A stretch of 64,000 nt of DNA from Eledone cirrhosa (lineage: Eukaryota), in NCBI GenBank assembly GCA_964016885.1, contig OZ024745.1:54064001-54128000 (forward strand), written 5' to 3'. Shown piece after piece: positions 42,112-54,690 of this stretch; position 1 is the first letter of the stretch, and each line of letters starts with the position of its first letter. The position numbers were made by a program, and so were the translations under genes. Under the pieces are notes generated by a model. That model searched no databases and was not told where the DNA came from. It worked only from the letters and a program-made list of their open reading frames with translations.

Positions 42112-42480
42112 AACTGTTTCTACTTTTGGCACAAGGCCAGTAATTAAACAGTACATTACTGGTACTTTATTTTATCGACCCCCGTAAGGATGAAAGGCAA
42201 AGTTAACCTCGGCGGGATTTGAACTCAGACCGTAAAGGGACGTAACTATGTTGGAAAGCATGGAATCCGACTTTCTACCGATACTGCCAATCCACCGCCG
42301 ACGACAATAAAATAGTAATACTGGTTTTTAATTTAGACACAAATCCACCAATTTGGTGTAGGGGGAAAGTCGAATAAATCGATCCAGTATTTGACTGGTA
42401 CTTTATTTTATTTGCCCCTGAAGGATGAAAAGCAAAGAAGGCTTCGGTGATATTTGAGCTCAGAACGTAAAAGGCTGGAA
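42112..42480 (-). mobile_element. SINE family A full copy (42112-42299) plus older related copy
   Basis: Core motif present twice; second copy diverged. Confidence 0.82.
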
Positions 42481-42865
42481 CAACATTGGATTTGTCCGAT
42501 GGGAGATCATAATAAGGAATAGACGATTACATCGTCTCTACTAATTGATTAATATCTAGCAAGCTCTACTTTGGATTTATGCTTGTATCTTAAACTTTGA
42601 CTTAGACCTTGTTGATGAGTTTTCGCCATTGGCTTTTTCTAGTAGCAGCTGTTCAGATCCTTTCGATGCGAGATCCAGTGCTCATTTCAGAATAGGCTTC
42701 ATGTTCTTCTCACAATATTCCCTATTAGTTTTAGCCAGGTGTTTTTGTATTTAGTTTCTTTGCCATGTGCAAAGCGGTAAAGCACCGCTTCACAGCATCT
42801 GCTAATAATTAAGACTCTGCTACTTGTGATTCTGTCACAACATATGATCAAAAAGATCAAATACT

Positions 42866-43050
42866 TGTTTCTACTTTAGGCACAAGGCCAGCAATTACCC
42901 AGTGCATTACTGGTACTTTATTTTATCGACCCCGTAAGGATGAAAGGCAAAGTCAACCTCGGCGGGATTTGAACTCAGATCGTAAAGGGACGTAACTATG
43001 CTTGAAAGCATGGCGTCCGACCCTCTACCGATACTGCCAATCCACCGCCC
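42866..43050 (-). mobile_element. SINE family A with 18 bp TSD
   Basis: TCAAAAAGATCAAATACT at 42848-42865 and 43051-43068. Confidence 0.92.
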
Positions 43051-43189
43051 TCAAAAAGATCAAATACTGTGACAGGATCACAAGGTTCACAGCACAGAAT
43101 GCTAGACATCTTCATTAGAAAAAAATTTAACTGGATTTTATTTGCAGTGTCTCTAATTGCTGTCGACCAAACTGGGTGCATCTAAAAGA

Positions 43190-43480
43190 AAAGAAAGCAA
43201 CTGATATTTTTCGAAATTTGCAAGGAGTTTTAGTATCTCAATCACGAGCAAAACTGATGTAAAGATATGTGAATTGTTGGACTTGTTCGATCAGCTATTG
43301 ACCCACGCGTATCTGTTCATTTTCGATTATGCTGTTAGTCCAGTGTTGTTTTCATTGTTCATATTCAGTTCAACTTGTCTAGGAGCTTGTTCTTGGCGCG
43401 GTGTCATTATCTGCAGCTTATTGTTGTTCTTTGAAAGCAGAGCAATGTCATCAGCAGGGAACAAACATGGGTGGTGCTAG
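43190..43480 (-). mobile_element. Decayed RTE-like RT fragment
   Basis: Minus strand LFPADDIALLSKNNNKLQIM..VELNMN resembles RT ADD..LQ..GL.MN. Confidence 0.55.
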
Positions 43481-43651
43481 ATCAAACTATTTTTTAAATA
43501 GAAAACAAAAAGAATCAGAAGTGAGAAGAAATAACTGCAAGTCAATGAACTTCAACGGCTATTAGTTGAAACTTCAAACACTGTTCAATCGTATTACTAA
43601 GTGTGAAAGCTCTATTAGTAGTAGAGACCAGAACTTGTTTTTAGTGCATTA

Positions 43652-43721
<70 letters not shown>

Positions 43722-43745
43722 GTCTATCTATCTATCTATCTATCT
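43652..43745. repeat. (TATC)n microsatellite
   Basis: About 23 units; continues in degenerate form after 43878. Confidence 0.95.
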
Positions 43746-43877
43746 CTCCCCTATTGGGGAAAATCGACTAATTTTTAAATTACATTTGTGATAATATTTT
43801 ACACGTTTTTATTGTATGTAAACTTCCCCCTTTGTATTTGTCTCCATCTTTTGTGCCCCTGTGGCTAATAATGAAAC
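43746..43877 (+). mobile_element. Tx1-family 3' UTR stub (copy 3), inside (TATC)n
   Basis: CCCTATTGGGGA..TGTATGTAAACTTCCCCCTTTGTATTTG..GCCCCTGTGGCTAATAA aligns with about 4858-4988 of copy 1. Confidence 0.88.
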
Positions 43878-43908
43878 ATATCTATCTATATCTCTATATC
43901 TATCTACA

Positions 43909-43951
<43 letters not shown>

Positions 43952-44594
43952 CTAAGGCGGGTAAAATTCCCGAGATCCATGGACGAGTTCTCTCCAGCGG
44001 TCTCTGTCCCTCATTATCGCTGCCATATCCTGCATCTCCAACAGACCAGTGTCTGTCCTTAGGGCATCAACATATGTTAACCTTGGTCTTCCTCTTCTAG
44101 TGTGTCGATGAGTGTGGGGCTGAGAATGAATGAGACTAAAACAAAATATCTGGTAGAGAATGTTGAGAAGCCAGAGGGGATCACTAATGTAGGCGGGAAG
44201 CCGCTGGAATTGGTTGAGGACTTCCTGTATTTGGGAGCAAAGATTGGGAATACGGAGGATGATGTGGTTGAGAGGAAGAGCAAGGCCTGGGCGGCGTGCC
44301 ACAGCTTGAGATCGGTGTGGAAGTCGGACCTTCGTAGAGACCTGAAAATCCGCCTCTTCATTGCTGTAGTGGAGTCTGTGCTGCTGTATGGGTCTGAGAC
44401 TTGGACACTGACCAAGAAACTCACTCAGATGGTGGATGGGTGCTACACGAGAATGCTGAGGATGGGTCTGAACATTAATCAGTATACACTGAGGATGAAA
44501 AACTCAGAGCTGTATGGGAGCATCCCAAAAGTCAGCTCAAAAGTGACACAGAGGAGACTGAGGTTGGCTGGACATGCTCACCGACATCCAGAGT

Positions 44595-44642
<48 letters not shown>

Positions 44643-45091
44643 CACGTGTACATATATACATGCACACACAGACACACACACACACACATATGTGTGTACG
44701 GGTGTCTCTGTGCGTGTGTGTGTGCGTATATATACATACATACATATATATATATGTCTGTCTGTGTGTCTGTCTATCTATTTATCTCTCTGTCTGTTTA
44801 GCAGTAGAACGCTCCGTCTATTCATGGATATATATCTATCTATCTAAGGCGGGTAAAATTCCCGAGATCCATGGACGAGTTCTCTCCAGCGGTCTCTGTC
44901 CCTCATTATCGCTGCCATATCCTGCATCTCCAACAGACCAGTGTCTGTCCTTAGGGCATCAACATATGTTAACCTTGGTCTTCCTCTTCTAGTGTGTCCA
45001 TGTAGGGGCTCCCAAAGGAGCACTGAGTGCAATGTCAACTCCGGATGTCGGTGAGCATGTCCAGCCAACCTCAGTCTCCTCTGTGTCACTT
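43952..45091. mobile_element. Rearranged RTE-like LINE: 3' end (-, 43952-44106), RT C-terminus (+, 44102-44596), longer 3' end (-, 44844-45091)
   Basis: VGLRMNETKTK, FLYLG, VLLYGSETW, RLRLAGH, RRGRPRLTYVD, DRDRWR. The two minus 3' ends appear identical over ~155 bp. Confidence 0.9.
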
Positions 45092-45097
45092 TATATA

Positions 45098-45304
45098 TAT
45101 ATAAGTATGTATACGTACATACATATATGTATACAGACGTACAGTAGTATGTATATATATATATACATACATGCACACATATATATATGTACGTATGGAT
45201 TCACGTACATATACATATATATGTGTGCATGTATGTATATATATATATATACATACTACTGTACGTCTGTATACATATATGTATGTACGTATACATACTT
45301 ATAT
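45098..45304. repeat. ~205 bp imperfect palindrome
   Basis: ATATAAGTATGTATACGTACATAC..GTATGTACGTATACATACTTATAT; one arm also present at 39697-39790. Confidence 0.85.
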
Positions 45305-45376
45305 TTAAGTAACAGCCGTACTAAGAGTGAGAAATGAAATTTCGTTTCATTTTTTCCTTTTATATATATATATATA

Positions 45377-45546
45377 TTTGTTTCTACTTTTGGCACAAGG
45401 CAATCAATTACCCAGTGCATTACTGGTACTTTATTTTATCAATCCCGTAAGGATGAAAGGCAAAGTTAACCTCGGCGGGATTTCGACTCAGAATGGCAAG
45501 GGCGTCAAAGCATGGCGTCCGACCCTCTACCAATACTGCCAATCCA
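45377..45546 (-). mobile_element. SINE family A (internally deleted)
   Basis: Core motif match. Confidence 0.85.
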
Positions 45547-48500
45547 ATGTATATTCATATTTATACATATAGGTACGTATGCTTTGGTATGTATGTTTAA
45601 ATATTTGTGTGTGCCTGTGCGCGTGAGTGCGTGTGAGTGCGTGCGTTTCTGTGTATGTGGCTATTGAGTTAAGAATGGAAAACATGTATTTGTGAGAGGA
45701 GGTTGGAAGGTAGGTGATAATGGCACAGTGTGTGATAGGGGAAGTTTCACTATAACGGAAACAGGTAAGACGGCTCTTCATACAAGTTGAATGAAATGAT
45801 AGGTAAAAAATACTCGCTGCTCCTTGTGCAGCCTGGAAGCTATTAATCCACGACATAAAAAGACAATGCAAACAAATAGAAGCTGATTGCTATGACCATA
45901 AGAAGTGAAATACCAAATTACAAACCTGAGCAGTCTGCATCTTGCTCTTTAGCCGATTATCTGCGTGTCATAAGACTTAATATAAATATAATATAGCCAC
46001 TGCATAAAACCGTTGGCCGTAGATCTGCCCAGAAAGAGAAATGTGTGTTTTGCTCTTAGCTTCACATCACCAAAGCATTCAATCCTATGTGAGAACATTG
46101 AACATAAATGTCTATCTCAAGCCCAGGAAGCAGTCTATGAGCAGTTACTGAATCTACTAGAAATAGCAGCTAAGTAACGCTGATGTAATAACGTACAATT
46201 AAACAAACAAACAAGCATATAGTGGACAATGTAGAACCGGATATGTAAAGACATGAGATGGTAACGATTTGAACGTATTTGTGATCATAGCTCTGCTTGA
46301 TCAGAGTTATTCTGGGGCTAAATAACCAACTGTATATACTTTCTACGAGCTCGTTCAACCTCACGTCTATTGAATCCCAAATTTTCAGTCAGAATGTTCC
46401 GTTACATAGCATACAACAAAATGTTTTCTGTAGCATATTATGTCCTGCTTATAAAAATTGGAAAAATTATATAAATATACTATCTAGAGTGATTTGTCAT
46501 GAGAAATAAAGCATCTACCGTTTCGGACTCTTTTTCTTCTACGAGGGAAAGGAAAGTAGACACTAAAAATTAAAATTTCGAATATAGAAACTGAAGAATG
46601 AGAAAATTTCCCCATATGGCAAATCAACTTATTTTATTATTTCTACCAATTTTTATGGATTAACATTTAACGACACAGACCACTATTAGTTTAATAATAC
46701 TCCGGATTTCTGGTTTCAGTTATGTCCTATATCATGATCCAGGCTTGGTCCAAAGCTGAACAATATGTGCACACACTACGTGCGCGCACACACACACAAC
46801 GTGCGCGCACACACACACATAAAGAAAATCTACTTACACATATATAAGGGAAATATACTTGCAGCATCATATCTTTACAATTCTTAGCCCGAGGGAAATT
46901 CCCCGTTTTCAGAGGGTAAATTGCTTTTAAGCTGAAATATTCTTTATTAATATTCTCCCTATTTTCGTTAAAGTTATTTTCCTTGGGGTGTTAATGTTGT
47001 AAAATATATTGTATTGTATACTTGGCTGCGTTCTTACTGTATTTGGTGGGAAATCGGAATGGTGATCTAATAAAAGATAGAGAAAATACAAACGACAAAA
47101 GGTGGGGTAAGAAACATTGCTTTATCTATTCAGAAGCAAAATGCAACCAAAAATTTCAAAATTTCTACAAATACTATAACTCATAAAATTTTATAATCTT
47201 CTTTTATTATAATAATTATATATCAATAAGTTGGTGTAAAAGCTTATTTCAGCTTTACATTTTATCGCTCTCGATTTTGTTTTCATTTGGACTGACTTTT
47301 CTTAAAAAGAGCATTTAAGTAATCAAGGTCCAAACTGTCTCGATTATTGGAACTAGAGGCATTGCCAGTAATCATGGAACATCGCCTAGAAAGGTTTCGG
47401 CTCTGTGATAATGAAAATGGAAGCCTTTCGAAGTAGTTTTCAAGGTTCAAAATAAATATGACCAAAAGGAAAATTTCTTAAAAATTTGAGAATGGATACT
47501 GCCTCCTCTTCCTCTTCTTCTTCTTCTTCTTCTTCTTCTTCTTCTTCTTCTTCAATCAACATATATATATGCCTTGAACTGTTTATACTCACTTATTGCG
47601 ATACAGACCATCACTACTACCGCCTGCTGACATCGTTTATTTCATCATAGTTAAGATCAAACTCCTATCTAAATCGCTAATAAACCATTTGAGGGTTAGA
47701 AACTATTTCAGCGCTGAACGGGTTTCAAACGTATATAAACAGTAGACAAACATCGCTCAAACCAAACCTTCCACTGTTATGATGGTGTGACACACCTGTT
47801 TTGTATATCTGTACGAAACGATGGTAAAACCCAAGACATTCACCAAGTGTAATTTCGAACTACTACCGAGAAACTACAACGAGATTCTGTATACGCGGTT
47901 TCGCTGACAGTTCACTTCAGTTCTTATTTATAGAGTTTCGCCTAGTCCACTTTTAGTTACGCGGGGTAATTCACGTTTTTTCCCCCACAACATCCACAAG
48001 AGATCGGATAATACGGACCTAGATACATTGCTTGAAATAAAGATGGAATGATCATAGTTAAAATGATTTTGACGATAGATCCGTTCTAACGTTGCATACC
48101 TAGGGCTAAACAATAAAATTTAGCTCTCGAAAAGTTTGGGGTACAAATCCACCTCTATAGAAGAATTGTATAGCAGAATCAGACACACCTGCACATATAA
48201 GCGACACAGATACACAGACACAGAACCACACACACTCACACTCAAACACACACATTGCACACACAGACAACTCACACAGGCACACACATATTGCTAATAA
48301 AATGTTAATGAATAGCTTATAGACACGAACACTCAAACCACAGTAGCAGAGTTTGCTTCAACACAAATAACGAAACTAATTGTGTCGGTCTATCTGTCTC
48401 GCCTCATTCCTCCCAGCGTACACACACAGACATAGACACACACAGACACACAGAGAAACACAGACACTCACACACACACAGACACACACACTTATACACA

Positions 48501-49162
48501 CCCATACGTATACAAATACATATCAACACACAGAGTTCTTCACAAATCGGACACTCGTCAAGCAATATTGACTTTAAGTAAACTCGAAAATTCTATCAGC
48601 TTTAATTGGACTCCCACGAACTGTTGTTTATTGTAATATCTGCAGACGAGATCTGACACATACCTTTATTGCGTAGATTCCTTGTTAGTCCGCTTTCAAG
48701 ATACCTGTCAATCAAATAGATTTGCGGGGATTACTATGTATGTACTTGCAACATGCATATGCTTATAATGTTATTATATATATATATATAATAACTAGAA
48801 ATTGATTAACATATAAATAAACATGAATAATCACAGGAGATAATTTTTACAAGTGTGTAAGCACACATAGCTAGGTAGGTAACTAAATAAAGATAACCAG
48901 AACTTCAAAAATAGATACCTTATAATATGATTAATCTTCCCTGTATATATTCCATTAAAGAAATATATTTCTTGTAAAAATTATCTCCTGTGATTATTCA
49001 TGTTTATTTATATGTTAATCAATTTCTAGTTATTATAAAATGCTCGGACCTATTCGTTAGAATCTTAGAGCTTATTTTGCGGGTGATATGGCGCATGTCT
49101 TTCTGGCATGACACCCATAATTTTGATTATCTTAATTTTGGATATAGATATATATATATATA

Positions 49163-49464
49163 TAGCCGTCGAAACGGCTTGAGATCTGCCGTCGGGGTTA
49201 AACATTTTCCTAGTACCCTCTCTACTACCCTAAGTATTGAGTACTCTGGTGCGTTATAGTCCATCTGGTTCCTTACCACACCTCCTTCGTTATATATATA
49301 TATATATATATAACGCACCAGAGTACTCAATACTTAGGGTAGTAGAGAGGGTAATAGGAAAATGTTTAACCCCGACGGCAGAGCTCAAGCCGTTTCGACG
49401 GCTATTTCTGGACTCCAGAAATAGCCGTCGAAATGGCTTGAGCTCTGCCGTCGGGGTTAAACAT

Positions 49465-49468
<4 letters not shown>
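49163..49468. repeat. Family 1 repeat cluster (+, -, +) forming nested palindromes
   Basis: 49163-49292 is partly inverted at 49310-49410; second symmetry centre at about 49413. Confidence 0.85.
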
Positions 49469-49537
<69 letters not shown>

Positions 49538-49538
49538 T

Positions 49539-49677
49539 CATGCAGAAACAACATCTGAATATTTCTACAAAGAACATACCCGTACCAAGCAGAAAAACAT
49601 ACCTAAAACTCCTGATACAGAAAACAGACGCGTTCATTAAAAGGTTGCATTGGCGTGCCTTTTATTTCGATAATCAG
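49539..49677 (+). pseudogene. Neptune-type Penelope ORF N-terminal fragment
   Basis: ISTKNIPVPSRKTYLKLLIQKTDAFIKRLHWRAFYF resembles the S.KNIP.PS...Y...LI.K...FI.RMRW.A.FF N-terminus of Neptune PLEs. Confidence 0.75.
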
Positions 49678-49786
49678 GTATTCGTTTTTCCCCGTTCTTT
49701 GCCAGGGAATGTTTCCACGAACCAAAGTATCGTCTTCCTGTCTTCCTCCGGTTGCAACGTTTTTTGAAATATTTACTTCTGCGTTC

Positions 49787-49862
49787 ACAGATTGGCTTTG
49801 TTAGTTTCAGAAGATCCCGTTAAGGATGAAAGCACCGATTCTTTGCTTAAACTTTAATCTGT
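49787..49862 (+). ncRNA. Degenerate type I hammerhead (U4A core change)
   Basis: ACAGAUU..AGUUU-CAGAAGA-UCCCGUUAAGGAU-GAAA-GCA(loop)UGC-UU^AAACU..AAUCUGU; all three stems present. Confidence 0.6.
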
Positions 49863-49960
49863 TATTTTAATAAATATTTGCTCTACGGTTCTTATATATT
49901 TGATATATATTTATCCTTATCGAGCCCTCTTTGGATTTTAGTCTTCGAATTTATTATTAT

Positions 49961-49996
<36 letters not shown>

Positions 49997-50050
49997 CACA
50001 CACGCACGTACGCGCGCGCGCACACACACTCACATATATATAGAAAGACT

Positions 50051-50310
50051 TAGTTCCACAACAAATTAGCAAATCATACCCAAGGAAAAGCGTTTCACCG
50101 AATGGAGTTTCAACTCGAGTGAGGTTGTGCTGAAATTTATACACTCCCGTTCTCAGCACAGCCTCACTCGAGTTGAGACCCCGCTAAGTGAAACGCGTGT
50201 CCTCGGGTACGGGTTTGCTAATTTGTTGTGAAACTAACTCTATACCAAACTCATCCTCTAGACTGAGTGCCCTACTGACGACAGATATAACCTCCCGTTT
50301 TTTTACCATA
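50051..50310 (+). mobile_element. Penelope-associated repeat (family 2, diverged) with ~83 bp inverted arms
   Basis: Arms 50051-50133 and 50153-50236; tail GACTGAGTGCCCTAC..GATATAACCTCCC..TACCA aligns with the 40951-41050 minus strand. Confidence 0.78.
50166..50208 (+). ncRNA. Variant hammerhead-like motif (UUGAGAC core)
   Basis: ACUCGAG-UUGAGAC-CCCGCUAAGU-GAAA-C(GCGU)G-UC^CUCGGGU; same position in the repeat as the canonical 41045-41094 motif. Confidence 0.55.
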
Positions 50311-50319
50311 TTATATATA

Positions 50320-51399
50320 TCTGTATATATATAAAATTAAGTATGTGTGTGTGTGTGTCTGTGTGTCTGTGTATTACCTATAGGGGCCTACATCTTACGA
50401 CCGATTTTCATGAAATTTTACAGGCTCATAGATTAGTCATCGGGGAGTGTTTTATATATATCAGCGTATCGTTTTTTTTTTATTCCGGGGTCATTCTGCA
50501 GATAAAAATCGATAGGGGGGGGGGGTCACCTTTTTTTAGGTGTCGAAAAATAAGATTTTGGGCTCTAGCTCCCACATTTTTCCACCGATTTCGTTCAAAT
50601 TTTAAAGAAAAATAGAATGTATAATTGCACATCTTGTAATGGCTTTATATTTTGCATTTGTTGTTCAGGAACGGCGTGGCAGCCGCTTAAATATTAAAAA
50701 TATCACTTTTAGACTCAAATTTCCACTTTTTCAGCTGTAGCTCCCACATTAATCAACCTACTTTGTGCAAATTTTACACTACGCTAGATCTGATTATTTC
50801 ACGTCTTTGCCATTCTGAGTTCAAATCCTGCCGAGGTTAACTTTGCCTTTCATCCTTACGGGGTCGATAAAATAAAGTACCAGTAATACACTGAGTAATT
50901 GCTGGCCTTGTGCCAAAAGTAGAAACAATTATTTCATGTCTTAAAGTGGCTTTACATTTTGGATTTTTTGTTCAGGAACGGCGTGGCAGCCACTTAAATA
51001 TTGGAAAATACCAACTTTTCGCTCAAATTTCCGCCTTTTCGGCTCTAGCTCCCACATTTTTCAACCGATTTCGTTCAAATTCGAAACTTCGGCTCCACCT
51101 CACACATAAATCAATTTATTTCGTTCAACTTTTATACTACGATAGAACCTATCATTGCACATCTTATAGTAACTTTACACTCTGCATTTTTTGTTCAGGT
51201 ACGGTGTAGCAGCCGTTTAACTCTTCAAAATACGATTTTTTCCACCTCCCACATATTCCATACGATTTCACTCAAGATTTCGCCATTTGCTACACCTTAC
51301 GACCGATTTTCAAGAAACTCGCAGTCGCTAAGATCAACACCTTTTCATCAAAGCAGATATTATTTTACCTACCCAGGCAACGCTGGGTACTGCTGCTAG
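50320..51399 (+). mobile_element. Non-autonomous Helitron-like element
   Basis: Begins A|TC, ends with hairpin ACCCAGGCAACGCTGGGT then CTAG|T; 5' (GT)n tract; internal repeats TAGCTCCCACATT x3; no TSD. Confidence 0.8.
50807..50927 (+). mobile_element. 5'-truncated SINE family A inside the Helitron
   Basis: TSD ATTATTTCAYGTCT at 50793-50806 and 50928-50941. Confidence 0.85.
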
Positions 51400-51593
51400 T
51401 ATATAAATATATTTATTCAATTGAAGAAAGTTGGTTGATTGAAAATCTGCCGACTTTTTCTTAACAATTATAAAGCATTCCACGGTTATTGTTCACCTGG
51501 AGTTTTATTATGATAATAAACAAGAAAGACGGTTTCATTTGTACACCCCAATTACAAAATAAATAGGGATGTACGAATGAAACCATCTTTCTT

Positions 51594-51674
<81 letters not shown>

Positions 51675-52789
51675 TAGAAATATCTATCTGGTGTGTCTTG
51701 ATATAAGTAATTTACATCGATGGACCTCAGTCGGTTTAGACGTTGAGTCTTCCAGTAGTTCATTCAACGGAACAGTCCACTCATATATATATATATATAT
51801 ATCCATGCCCTAAATCTCAGGAGGACTCATCGTGCTACAGAGTTTGACAAGACTGAGTCTTAGAATAACAGGTAAATTCCATCGGACAGGCTTCCACATA
51901 TCTTCCACCTATTTACTTTCACTCTCAAGACAAGGCTTGATTGAAGGCTATGGTAAATGGCGCTCAAGATGCAACGCAGTTGGATCCAACAACTGTAATA
52001 CACATCTAGCTATCAACTATGTATAAAGAGGAGACAGCATATCCGTGGATAAGAGTTTGTTGAAAGTTGTGGAGCAAATCATTGCTATTCAGTCGGATGA
52101 TATTGCTTTGAATGGTTATGTGTAGCAACAGCGCCACCTGTACTGTATTGTGAGACTCACTTAACAATGAATACGAACAGCAAACGATCGATGATGCAGT
52201 CTTACTTTGGGCCGACATTTTTGATGGAGTCATAGGTGTATAAGCGTACATATGTGTATCAGTTTACATATTTAAATATGCGATGATGCGATTTTCTTTG
52301 TGTGTGGATGTGTGTGTGGGTGTGCGAGATTGTGTGTATATGTTTATGGCTGTATGTGTATGTTAAATTGTGTAATGAAAGTTAAAAGGCTATGATCTAA
52401 AAGGAAACCGTTGTACTTCAAACAACAAAATATTTGTATCACTTTTTTTCTGCAACGTGTCCTCTGATAATAATTCAAGAAGAAAAAAAAAATAATAATA
52501 AAAAAAAAAATAAATAAAAAAATAAATAAAAGCCAATCATTTCGGCATGACTTTCTTTAGTGTTTGGTGTTTGAGGTTTTACAAATAATTTTACTGAGAT
52601 TATTTGAAAATTAAATAAAATAAAATAAATAAAAAAAAAAACGAATGAAAGAAAGACCAGAAAATAGACAAATAAAGAAAGAAAAAGATAGAAATTTCCG
52701 AAAGGATTAAAAAAAGAAAGCTTTAGAAAAGAAATGACGCACATAATGGGGGTTGGGGGTAGAGTTGCCGACACTGATGATAAAGATGA

Positions 52790-52822
52790 AGCTGATGATG
52801 ATGATGATGATGATGATAATGA

Positions 52823-52860
<38 letters not shown>

Positions 52861-52995
52861 GGACGATGATGATGATAATGATAATGATGTGTATAATGAT
52901 AGTGGCAATGATGATGATAATGATGATGATGTGTATAATGATAGTGGCAATGATGATGATAATGATGATGATGATGATAATGAGAATGATGATAG
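52790..52995. repeat. (GAT)n microsatellite
   Basis: Directly visible. Confidence 0.93.
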
Positions 52996-54059
52996 AGCTG
53001 CTTATAATAGTGTGTGGAATGGTATTTATGGTATAGGTGTGTCTCCAATAATGGTGAGGTGGTGAGGTGAAAATAACGCCGTAAATGATATGAAGATTAT
53101 AACTAGAAACATTGAGAAATGAGATTACCACTATATATAAACACTAAATAAAAATAAAAATAAAATGCAAGACCGATAAAGTTGCTGCTTTTTGCTGATA
53201 ATAAACAGGATACCGCTGCTGCTGATTATAACGATAATAATAATGGTTTCGAATCTAGACACAAGGCCAGCAATTTGGGAGGGAGGGGAAAGCCGTTTAT
53301 ATCGACTGCTGTATTAGACTGATATTTAGCCCCCAAAATATGTAGACAACGTTGACCTCAGCAGGATTAGAACCGAGAGAGTAGAGTGTCGGAACACATG
53401 GAGGTGTTTTCCTAGATGATCATTTTGCCAGTTAAACAATAATTGTTTCTATTATAAGGACAAGATCAGATGTTTTTAGAAGGGATCAACTAATGTTGAT
53501 CAAATCGACAGATACTTTATTTGATCAAGTATGACCCTGGAAAGATGAAAGGAAAAGTAGATTCTGTGGGATTTGAACTGAGAACAATACAAGTCAAAAC
53601 AAATACTGCGACACATTCTCATCAATTATGGGAGGAGTCCATGTGAAGTGAAAAAATAGCTCAGATGCTACAAACAACAGAACAACTAGAAATCACTAGA
53701 AAGTGATAATCTACCAAACTTCGGGTTGATATAACTACAGATTTGCCAACCTCTGAAAACCTAAACGGGGAGGACTATGAAAAAATAAAACTTCCCCAAA
53801 ACGGGGAGAAATGGGGAAAACGGGGAGATTTTGCATAATGAAAGCTATACTTATTTTCACAAGAGAAGACAGCTCTCACCCACCCGAAAGTGAGTGGGAG
53901 ATCTCCCCGTCGGAGGTAGCACAATTGAGGCACAGTTGAGGCACAATTGAGGCACAAAATGAATGCACAAATATTTAAGTATCTATCGAGGGTCAGACAT
54001 AAATTTGATTGGCTGTCCGACGATAAAAACCTTCATAATTCTCGAGATTAAAGAAACAT

Positions 54060-54690
54060 TAACTTTACTGATCCATAACCTGCCTACCTATATTATGTAA
54101 TCCTTTATTGCAATAATTGTTTCTACTTTTGGCACAAGGCCAGCAATTACCCAGTACGTTACTGGTACTTTATTTTATCGACCCCGTAAGGATGAAAGGC
54201 AAAGTTAACCTTGGCGGGATTTGAACTCAGATCGTAAAGGGACGTAACTACGCTGGAAAGCATGTCCGACTCTCTACCGATACTGCCAATTCACCATCCT
54301 TTATTGCAATAATACTCGAAAGAACATCAACTGACGTACAGAAGGGTATAGAAAATGCTACAAAACTCATAGTTATACAGGTCAATTACTGTTCAATAGC
54401 GCTATAACCAAAGATGAAAGAAGTATTTGAACATAGCATGGATTGACTAATAAAATGCATTTGAACGTGTTCTCCACACCACCTCCTCCCACAAGAATAA
54501 GCAGATATATTAAATATGGTATGAATAAATGGAAAACAATTTTTCAGATACTGACAAAAGAGGAAATTATTAAAATTAATCGCATCTCTATTAAAAGAGA
54601 AATATTCTGCAGAAATTCTCTTTCTCCACGCCTTTTGTTGTTGTCGGCATTTAAAGAATATGCTAAATAGACTGGAGTCTGTTAGAAATA
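54060..54690 (+). mobile_element. R4/Dong-clade RT fragment interrupted by a SINE
   Basis: ITCLPI, NIAWID, MNKWKT, IKREIFCRNSLSP resemble PITCL, AWIDY, M..W.T, I.RGIFQGDSLSP. Confidence 0.7.
54118..54295 (-). mobile_element. SINE family A with 18 bp TSD
   Basis: ATCCTTTATTGCAATAAT at 54100-54117 and 54296-54313. Confidence 0.92.

Noticed and set aside
45715-45770. Possible host exon (GDNGTVCDRGSFTITET then GTAAGA)
   Set aside because: No pyrimidine tract at the acceptor, too short, no partner exons.
53738-53956. Possible hAT-type MITE and 11 bp triple repeat
   Set aside because: Only one plausible terminus, no TSD; not supportable.
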